A program made the translations under genes and the position numbers. A DNA stretch of 64,000 nucleotides from Candidatus Latescibacterota bacterium (GTDB lineage: Bacteria; Latescibacterota; UBA2968; GCA-2709665), in assembly GCA_965237675.1 (NCBI GenBank), contig OZ250150.1, forward strand, positions 448,001-512,000, read 5' to 3'. How positions within the stretch are numbered: the first letter of the stretch is position 1; every line of letters begins with the position of its first letter. Below the pieces are notes generated by a model. That model saw only the letters and a program-made list of their open reading frames with translations. It was not told the DNA's origin and ran no database searches. Below are positions 10,115 through 17,510 of the stretch, in pieces.

Positions 10115-11174
10115 CGTGCGAAACGATTGCTTGCGTTGTGGCATCAGTCCCAGGCGATGGAGGGTGAGGGTTTCTTCGAGCCCTTCCTCCAGGCTGTTGA
10201 GGGCCGAAGCATTCATCAGGGTCAGGGAGGGTTTGAGGGCATACAGCGCGGCTTTGGCTTCTTTGTGCGTGTCCATGTCGTAGGCACTTTGAAGCGCTTT
10301 CTTGACCTCACTCTGCTGTGTCTTGGGCAAATAGGCGATCACGTTCTCCCGTTTGTGCCACTGACAGCGTTGAATGGCGACATAACCGGAAAGGGCTTTT
10401 GTGAGGGCACTATACAATCCCTTGGAGCCATCGATGAGGCAAAGCAGCCCCTGATGATACACCAACCCGCGATGGATGAGCGAATCCACAAAACTGGCGG
10501 CACACGCGCTCATTTTCGCTGGCGGCCTGGACAAAGCCCAGTGGGATCTTGTGTCCCTGGATCGTCACGCCAAGGGCGATGATCATTTCCTGATCGGCAA
10601 AGGTCTTGCCATCCATAAACAGCGCCACGAGGTCATAGCCGGACAGAGGCCGTTCTTGAAACTGCTTCAGTTTTGCCCCTGAAGCCTTAATAAACCGCCT
10701 CGAGACCGTCGACGAAGACAGGCCAAACGCCTCTGGCACCGCCTCGGCGCAACTCGCGTAAGAACGCGTGGCAATGCCGTTGACCACGCGAAGCAGCAGC
10801 CCTTCATCCATCGTTTTCGGGCGCTGCAGGCGGCGATAGACCTCTAAAGGGACTTCTACATTGGCTTCCACGTCGCGCACCCGCGGCACAGAAATGGGCA
10901 CTTTCTGATCTGACAAATACACCGATCCTGGTTGCGTGCCCCACCGACGATTCGGGGTCTTTCCCCCTTTTCGACTGTTTTTCTGGCCCGACAACCCGTT
11001 GACCTCGCCCTGTAGAGCTTCTTTCACAGCTTCCAAACCAAGCGGGATCAGCGCCTGGATCAATGCCACGCGGACGTCCAGTTCCGACAGCGCTTCTTCA
11101 AGATCCATGCCGGAGGTTAAACCGGCATCCGTATTCAACTTGACTTCACGGAGGTTCGACGGTACTTTTTTCAT
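10115..11174 (-). pseudogene. IS256-family transposase, frameshifted (~10490) and 3'-truncated
   Basis: VPRVRD, ALFMDGK, ALGVTIQGHKIPLG, LIDGSKGL, IQRCQWHKRENV; one extra base in a T run; probable left end near 11275. Confidence 0.85.
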
Positions 11175-11448
11175 CACAGGCTCCTTTGCTTGAGGATACA
11201 GTTTTCTTCCGCGAGACAACTGCATCCAATTTACATCGGAGCCTCTTCTATTTCAACTAAGATAGATACAATCCCGCCTTGGGGAAGGGGTCTGGGTTAG
11301 TTTACGAACCGCTTGCCATACCGGGAATTTTAATTGTCGTTAGAACGGATTTTTAAATGTTGCTAATCATCTACAATCACAACATCTGAAGAATGCATGC
11401 AAAACTCCATACTGTTTAGTAATATCCAGTTGAGATTACAGAAAAGAG

Positions 11449-12348
11449 ATGATGATGGCAAACGACATTATAAATACATTGATCGAAGAGCGTATTGATG
11501 TATTCCGTTTTGCGTTTTCCATAAGTGCGAAAGCACTCTTTCGCGATGACGATAAATTGAATAAGATCAGACATCCGGGTGAATTCGGTGTATATAGAGA
11601 AGCAATTGTTCGAGATTTTCTACAATCATTCTTGCCTCAAAAATTGGCTATTGATACAGGATTCGTTGTAAATGCTTTGGGAGAAACCAGCAAGCAGATA
11701 GATCTGGTTGTCTACGATCCATCGTTTACTCCGTATCTGGAATCGAAAAATCGTCAGAGGTTCTTTCCTGTAGAAACAGTAATAGCTGTTGGGGAGGTGC
11801 GATCCGATGTGAACCGTGCCCAATTTGAAGATGCTTTGATTCGCATATCAGAAGTAAAGAAGATGCGCGCAAATTTGCCCAAAGAGGCAGGCGTAGTAAA
11901 AAAGTGGTACGGCTTGGGAGATCATGAATACGATCCAGACAAGATTCCGTTTGATCAAGTCTTTACATTCCTATTGTGTAATCGTATCAATTTCCCTCTA
12001 AGGGAGACTTTCCCATCACAACTGAACGAAATATACAAGTCTGTGAAGTATACCCATCGTCATAACGCGGTACTTAGCCTTGAGGATGGTCTTGTTCACT
12101 ATGTAGGTGAGTTTCCACCGGGCGAGTTCGCAGATTGCTCTTTCCCCACTTTGCCAGGGGGAAATCAGCCCAACCGTAACAAATGGATACATAGTTACGA
12201 TGATACCTACATCCCCTTAAAGATGTTCTGTTCAGATCTATTTATGCATGCTCTGCACTGCACGATAGGACATTGCAATTTGATTGAGTATGCTAAATCC
12301 GACAGTAGGCACCAATTCTTGGAGGAGGGACCGAAGTCTGATGAGTGA
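11449..12348 (+). CDS. DUF6602-domain protein (PD-(D/E)xK nuclease-like)
   Basis: HPGEFGVYREAIVRDFL...IDTGFVVN...SKQIDLVVYD...FPVETVIAVGEVRS pattern; low GC. Confidence 0.7.
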   Translation: MMMANDIINTLIEERIDVFRFAFSISAKALFRDDDKLNKIRHPGEFGVYREAIVRDFLQSFLPQKLAIDTGFVVNALGETSKQIDLVVYDPSFTPYLESKNRQRFFPVETVIAVGEVRSDVNRAQFEDALIRISEVKKMRANLPKEAGVVKKWYGLGDHEYDPDKIPFDQVFTFLLCNRINFPLRETFPSQLNEIYKSVKYTHRHNAVLSLEDGLVHYVGEFPPGEFADCSFPTLPGGNQPNRNKWIHSYDDTYIPLKMFCSDLFMHALHCTIGHCNLIEYAKSDSRHQFLEEGPKSDE

Positions 12349-12612
12349 TTGGGCCTAACCCAAAACCATTTTCACCAACTATCAGGCTTACCATCCTACA
12401 TTTCCCCTTGTCAAGTTCAGTATGTAATCCCCATTGATTTTGTCTGATGTTATGACGGTTGCGAGCATGTCCCTTACGAATATACGCAATGGTAGGATCA
12501 CCGATGTCGAATCGGCAATCAGGGCCAATGGCTTAACCAATAGAACCAACCATTATACGTTTGCAGGATAGACGGAAAAAAGCCTGTCAGATTGCTGAGA
12601 GTGAGGTCAAGA

Positions 12613-13095
12613 ATGGACTTGATGACGTTTTTTAAGGATTTCCATTTGGATAAAGTCAAGATAGGCCCCAATTGGGCGAACGCGGAAATCAGCTTTAAAC
12701 AGAATGATCGAGATGCTGCATGGGAAATGTACGTCGAGATGCTGACGAGAATCGTCACCCAACCGATGCCCTCTGAAACGGGCGACGAAAAGACGGCTCT
12801 CGACAGTGTATACGCACTTTTCGGAATTACTCGCGAGATTCTGCGACGGCATGGACGCGACACTGTGAACTTCAGCAAGGTTGCCATACCGGTACTTAAC
12901 CAAATTGTGCGACCATTCACTGCAAAATGGCATAAGGAAAGTATAGCGGGAGCTTTTGCTTGCGAGACCAAACGACTCGAATTCCGGGAAGAACTCGAAA
13001 ACCTGCAGTGTGAATTGCGTAACTACAACTCATTGTTGGCAAAGATTGCAGAAGTGGAAGATCTGACCAACTTGGAGCGGACAGACCCCAGTTGA
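12613..13095 (+). CDS. Alpha-helical hypothetical protein, first gene of the TIR-Nmad2-MazG-UDG operon
   Basis: GAGG RBS; DRDAAWEMYVEMLTRI...ALDSVYALF...LNQIVRPFTAKWH; 30 bp to the TIR gene. Confidence 0.75.
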   Translation: MDLMTFFKDFHLDKVKIGPNWANAEISFKQNDRDAAWEMYVEMLTRIVTQPMPSETGDEKTALDSVYALFGITREILRRHGRDTVNFSKVAIPVLNQIVRPFTAKWHKESIAGAFACETKRLEFREELENLQCELRNYNSLLAKIAEVEDLTNLERTDPS

Positions 13096-13125
13096 CGAAA
13101 AACGCGCTACAAAGGAGTAAACACA

Positions 13126-13611
13126 ATGGCCGAAGAAACGAGAAACATCTTTATAAGTCACATCCACGAAGATGATGAAGGTCTGGGCAAGCTCAAGAGT
13201 CTCTTGAAGGACAACGGAATGACCATCAGGGATTATTCTATAAATAGGGATAACCCCAACAATGCCCATTCGGAAAACTACATCAAGTCGGAAATTCTCG
13301 CACCACGCATACGGCAATCAAGTACTCTAGCTGTATATATCTCGCCTGAAACCAAAGATAGTCCGTGGGTAGACTGGGAAATCGAGTATGCACATAAACA
13401 TGGCAAACGCATTGTTGGCGTGTGGGCGCACGGTGAATCGGGCTGCGATGTTCCAGATGCCTTGGAGAAATATGCGGACGCTATAGTTGGTTGGACTGGT
13501 AATCGAATCATGGATGCCATAAACGGAAGAATAGATGGTTGGGAAAACCCCGACGGAACAAAGAAAACGCGTCGTGAAATCGAGCGATATAGTTGTGGAA
13601 AAAACCGATAG
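13126..13611 (+). CDS. TIR-domain protein (DUF1863/ThsB-like)
   Basis: NIFISHIHED, SPWVDWEIEYA with the catalytic Glu, KRIVGV; AAGGAG RBS. Confidence 0.88.
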   Translation: MAEETRNIFISHIHEDDEGLGKLKSLLKDNGMTIRDYSINRDNPNNAHSENYIKSEILAPRIRQSSTLAVYISPETKDSPWVDWEIEYAHKHGKRIVGVWAHGESGCDVPDALEKYADAIVGWTGNRIMDAINGRIDGWENPDGTKKTRREIERYSCGKNR

Positions 13612-14221
13612 TCGAAGGCTGTTTTCGTATGTAATAGCTCGTGACTACGGATTCGCGCCCAATCCGTTTTTCGGTGTGTGCACATTGGCCACATGCAAAC
13701 CGAGGATTCGTCAAACAGCTTCCATTGGGGACTGGATCATAGGCACAGGCAGCAGCAAATACGGTAGACAAGGATACCTGATATTCGCCATGCGCATAAC
13801 CGAAACATTGACATTTAATGAGTACTGTAACAACGAGCGGTTTCAAAGAAAAAAGCCAAACATGATGGGCAGCATAAAACAGGCATTTGGCGACAATATT
13901 TACTTTGTGGCTGACGACGGGCAATGGGAGCAGCTAGATTCTCATCACAGCTACCGAGACGGTTCACCAAATACGCATAATATCCAGAATGACACAAAAA
14001 CAGATCGAGTCCTATGCAGCACAGACTTTGTATATTGGGGAAGATCTGGACCTAAAATACCCCAAGAATTAAGGGACTATCGTGGATGCGACATTTGTTG
14101 CCTAACACAGGGGCACAAATGTCGGTTCCCGAATGGTCTGGTTGACCGCTTTATTGGGTGGATACGATCTCTAAACCAACGTGGATATCTTGACGCACCT
14201 ATAGAGTGGAAGACACCATGA
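13595..14221 (+). CDS. Nmad2 (nucleotide-modification-associated domain 2) protein
   Basis: LFSYVIARDYGFAPNPFFGVCTLATCKPRIR...GDWIIG...GDNIY signature; probable GTG start overlapping the TIR 3' end. Confidence 0.82.
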   Translation: MEKTDSRRLFSYVIARDYGFAPNPFFGVCTLATCKPRIRQTASIGDWIIGTGSSKYGRQGYLIFAMRITETLTFNEYCNNERFQRKKPNMMGSIKQAFGDNIYFVADDGQWEQLDSHHSYRDGSPNTHNIQNDTKTDRVLCSTDFVYWGRSGPKIPQELRDYRGCDICCLTQGHKCRFPNGLVDRFIGWIRSLNQRGYLDAPIEWKTP

Positions 14222-15393
14222 CCTTGAGACCGTCACCATCTGTGGTAGTCAAGCGTGGTAAATTGGACATGGAGACGTCTATGCTAATTAGCAACTATAT
14301 GCGTGAGATCGAGCACACGGATAGACTTCCTCAAGATAAATTGCAACCAGTTTTGATGGGGTTATTTGGAGAAATAGGCAGTATCATGGCGACGGTGAAG
14401 AAGGCCCACAGGGAACGAGCCGCGTACGCCGGATACCAGCAGGCGGTAGAAGAAGAGTTCGGTGATGTACTTTGGTATTTTGCGACACTGTGTCGACGTC
14501 TCGACACCGGTGTTGACATCATTCTTTCCGAAACCATAGATCAATCCAAATACAATAAGGTCGTCGCGGCAAGTGATCACTTGGATGGCCCTGTTTCTCA
14601 GGTCTCCTCCGTGGGTCAATTACATGATCTTGACAAGACGCTACTTAATCTTGGAGAAGCTACAGCCGCGCTGCTTGGAATCGAGAGATTGGACGAACGC
14701 ACGGAAGATTCGCTGCGCAATTTTTCAGATTGCTACCTGCAAGCCCTTCAAGCCGCCCGGGTGAGCTTTTCGAAGGTTGTTCGGATGAACATCGACAAGG
14801 TATGCGGGCGTTTTCGCGAGCCCGATATAGAGGCTTTGCCAACATTTGACAGCAGCTTTACGCAAGAGGAAAGGCTTCCCCAAGATTTCAAGATTGAAAT
14901 CAGTCAGCGCGCGAGCGGACAAAGTTACCTTCAATGGAACAATGTATTCATTGGGGATCCACTCACGGACAATATCGATGATGAAGATGGCTATAGATTC
15001 CACGATGTGTTTCATTTTGCACATGCTGCAATACTTCACTGGTCTCCTACGTTTCGCGCCTTGATAAAGCACAAACGAAAAAGTGATCCCAAGGTCGATG
15101 AGGTTCAAGATGGGGGCAGGGCGAGGGTTGTTGAGGAAGGACTTACTGCGTGGATATTCTCGTGCGCTAAAAATCTCGATTTTTTTCGGGGCCACAGTAC
15201 CGTCTCGTTTGATTTACTAAAAACCGTGCAACAGTTCGTCCGGGGATATGAAGTTCAAAAATGTCCACTAAAACTGTGGGAACGGGCTATTCTAGACGGC
15301 TACACAGTATTTAGGCAAGTCCGAGAGAACGACGGCGGGATCGTAATTGGAGATCGTGAAGCCCGTACGATTAAGTACCATTCAACTGATTGA
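14218..15393 (+). CDS. MazG-like NTP pyrophosphohydrolase with MazG_C C-terminal domain
   Basis: GLFGEIGS...EEEFGDVLWY acidic MazG motif; C-terminal GDPLTDN...DGYRFHDVFHFAH...WSPTFR...KRKS...DGGRA; ATGA overlap with the Nmad2 stop. Confidence 0.85.
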   Translation: MTLRPSPSVVVKRGKLDMETSMLISNYMREIEHTDRLPQDKLQPVLMGLFGEIGSIMATVKKAHRERAAYAGYQQAVEEEFGDVLWYFATLCRRLDTGVDIILSETIDQSKYNKVVAASDHLDGPVSQVSSVGQLHDLDKTLLNLGEATAALLGIERLDERTEDSLRNFSDCYLQALQAARVSFSKVVRMNIDKVCGRFREPDIEALPTFDSSFTQEERLPQDFKIEISQRASGQSYLQWNNVFIGDPLTDNIDDEDGYRFHDVFHFAHAAILHWSPTFRALIKHKRKSDPKVDEVQDGGRARVVEEGLTAWIFSCAKNLDFFRGHSTVSFDLLKTVQQFVRGYEVQKCPLKLWERAILDGYTVFRQVRENDGGIVIGDREARTIKYHSTD

Positions 15394-15402
15394 GACTTGC
15401 TC

Positions 15403-16050
15403 ATGGATCTGTCGGGTTTTTTGAAGGAACTGAAGGAATTGGATTTTGAGAACACCTTTAATCCTTACACCCATCGCTGTGATGTTCACGATCTGGTCGA
15501 TGCCCCCGAACGCCGTCTACGTCTGCTGCAGTCTATGCTAGAAATGGCAACAGAAACAGAAATTGACTCAATGTGGATAGGACGTGATCTCGGATATCGT
15601 GGCGGTAGGCGAACAGGCCTTGCTTTTACGGATGATGTACATATTGGACAACACGGCGCCCGTTGGGGGTTATCTGTTCAGCGGCCGACCAAAAACGAAA
15701 TGGCTGCCGAGCGGACAGCGGGTGTTATCTGGACTGTTCTGTCCCAGGTTAAAGTGTCCGTTTTTCTCTGGAATGTATTCCCACTGCACCCGCATGAAGG
15801 CGGTAATCCTTTCAGTAATCGATCTCATAACTCTGTTGAACGCCAGACAGGGGAAATGCTACTTTCTCAACTACTACTCCTCCTAAATCCGCGCCGACTA
15901 GTTGCAATCGGCAATGATGCGGCACGTACTGTACGTCAGTTAAGCGACAATCTGGAATTCATCCATGTACGACATCCCAGCTATGGCGGAAAGGCACAAT
16001 TTTTAGCCCAAATGTGCGAGTTATACAAACTCGAATCAGACCTCTTTTAG
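15403..16050 (+). CDS. Uracil-DNA glycosylase superfamily protein (divergent)
   Basis: FNPY, IGRDLGYRGGRRTGLAFTD (motif 1 variant), WNVFPLHP, VAIGNDA, RHPSYGG (motif 2). Confidence 0.8.
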   Translation: MDLSGFLKELKELDFENTFNPYTHRCDVHDLVDAPERRLRLLQSMLEMATETEIDSMWIGRDLGYRGGRRTGLAFTDDVHIGQHGARWGLSVQRPTKNEMAAERTAGVIWTVLSQVKVSVFLWNVFPLHPHEGGNPFSNRSHNSVERQTGEMLLSQLLLLLNPRRLVAIGNDAARTVRQLSDNLEFIHVRHPSYGGKAQFLAQMCELYKLESDLF

Positions 16051-16103
16051 ACGTCTCCGTAATCAACTATGCTGACCCCTTCAGGGCAATATGGGAACCA
16101 TTG

Positions 16104-17510
16104 ATGGGTTTGAACCATAAATCCTACCCTTCCTACAAACCTTCCGGTATACCCTGGTTAGGCAAAGTGCCCGTCAACTGGGACGTAATGCAAGTTGGAC
16201 GCATCGGGGTATTTTTAAAGGGGCATGGAGGAACGAAAGAGGACCAAGTACATGAAGGCGTCCCATGCATTCGATATGGAGACATATATACTTCGTACAA
16301 GTTTCACATTCTGGATAGTTGCGCCTTTGTGTCTGAAGTGAGAGCATTGGACTATACTCCGATACAGTATGGAGATGTACTATTCGCTGGTTCAGGTGAG
16401 TCCATCGAAGAAATTGGAAAATCTGCGGTAAACCTTTTGAAAGAAAAAACTTGCTGTGGAGGAGATGTTATCCTTTTTCGGCCTGATATTGAAATCAATG
16501 CGAGATTTTCTGGATACGCCATTGACTCCCCTTATGCCCAGTATCAGAAATCGTGCATGGGACGTGGCATCACAGTGATGCACATATATAGTGACGAACT
16601 AAAGTACTTGTGGATAGCACTACCTCCCCTCCCTGAACAAGCCGCCATCGTCCGCTATCTCGACCACATCGACGAACGCATCCGCCGATACGTTAGCGCG
16701 AATGAGCGGCTCATCCGGTTGCTTGAGGAAAAGAAGCAAGCCGTCATTGATCGCGCCGTCACACGCGGCCTGGATTCGAACGTCCGGCCTAAGCCTTCGA
16801 GTGTCCGGTGGCTGCCAAATATACCGACGCATTGGGAGGTACTGCGCCTCAAGGCGCTGGTGCGCATTCGGTATGGGTTAGGGCAGCCGCCTCGCGAATC
16901 GGCAACGGGGCTTCCACTGATCCGCGCGACTAACATTGAGCGAGGGCGTATAATTGACAAGGGCCTTATCCACGTAGATCCCTCTGATGTGCCGGCCGGT
17001 CGTGACGCTCTGCTGAAAGCGCAGGAAATCATCGTTGTAAGGAGCGGAGCATACACCGCCGACTCGGCCATCATACCCAAAGCATTCGTGGGAGCAGTAG
17101 CTGGTTATGACATGGTCGTAACGGTCACGACCTCAATACCTCAGTTTGTTGCCTTTGTATTTCTTTCCAAGTACTTGCGAGATAACCAGTGGGCTGTTTT
17201 GAGCACCCGATCCGCGCAGCCTCACTTGAACGCCGAAGAACTTGGATCAGCGTTGGTGTTAGTGCCTCCGATCGCCGAACAAGCCGCTATAGTTGAGTAT
17301 CTACATAAGGCCACCACTGACATCGAGTCCGCCATCACCCGCACCCGCCGTCAGATCGAGTTGCTCCAAGAGTACCGTACGCGATTGATTTCCGATCTGG
17401 TCACCGGCAAACTCGATGTGCGCGACGCGGTGTCCAGTTTGCCAGCTGAAACGAACGCAATGGATCTACATTGCTCCGTGGCAGCTCCTGACAGAGGAGA
17501 TTCTGGATGA
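16104..17510 (+). CDS. hsdS: Type I R-M specificity subunit HsdS (two TRDs, apparently intact)
   Basis: YKPSGIPWLGKVPVNW, LPPLPEQAAIVRYLD, AVTRGLD, PPIAEQAAIV, EYRTRLISDLVTGKLDVR. Confidence 0.92.
   Translation: MGLNHKSYPSYKPSGIPWLGKVPVNWDVMQVGRIGVFLKGHGGTKEDQVHEGVPCIRYGDIYTSYKFHILDSCAFVSEVRALDYTPIQYGDVLFAGSGESIEEIGKSAVNLLKEKTCCGGDVILFRPDIEINARFSGYAIDSPYAQYQKSCMGRGITVMHIYSDELKYLWIALPPLPEQAAIVRYLDHIDERIRRYVSANERLIRLLEEKKQAVIDRAVTRGLDSNVRPKPSSVRWLPNIPTHWEVLRLKALVRIRYGLGQPPRESATGLPLIRATNIERGRIIDKGLIHVDPSDVPAGRDALLKAQEIIVVRSGAYTADSAIIPKAFVGAVAGYDMVVTVTTSIPQFVAFVFLSKYLRDNQWAVLSTRSAQPHLNAEELGSALVLVPPIAEQAAIVEYLHKATTDIESAITRTRRQIELLQEYRTRLISDLVTGKLDVRDAVSSLPAETNAMDLHCSVAAPDRGDSG

Larger units (their letters stand above)
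8117..11369 (-). mobile_element. IS21-family element carrying a nested, partly deleted IS256-family element
   Basis: TG...CA ends (8117 TGACTAACGTC; ...GCTAATCA 11369); subterminal GGGAATT(C/T)TAATTGTCGTT in inverted orientation at the two ends; 6-bp target duplication TCTACA at 8111-8116 and 11370-11375. Confidence 0.85.

Noticed and set aside
8927-10534. 535-aa ORF as an ordinary IstA
   Set aside because: The N-terminal ~140 aa are IS256 transposase sequence (QRCQWHK); it is a chimera.
12349-12470. Integron attC after the DUF6602 gene (GCCTAAC just after the stop)
   Set aside because: No complementary GTTAGGC-type core or extended palindrome downstream, and no integron integrase in the window.
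13126-13611. Canonical Thoeris system
   Set aside because: No ThsA (SIR2-SLOG or TM-Macro) adjacent; the only macrodomain is DarG, coupled to DarT.
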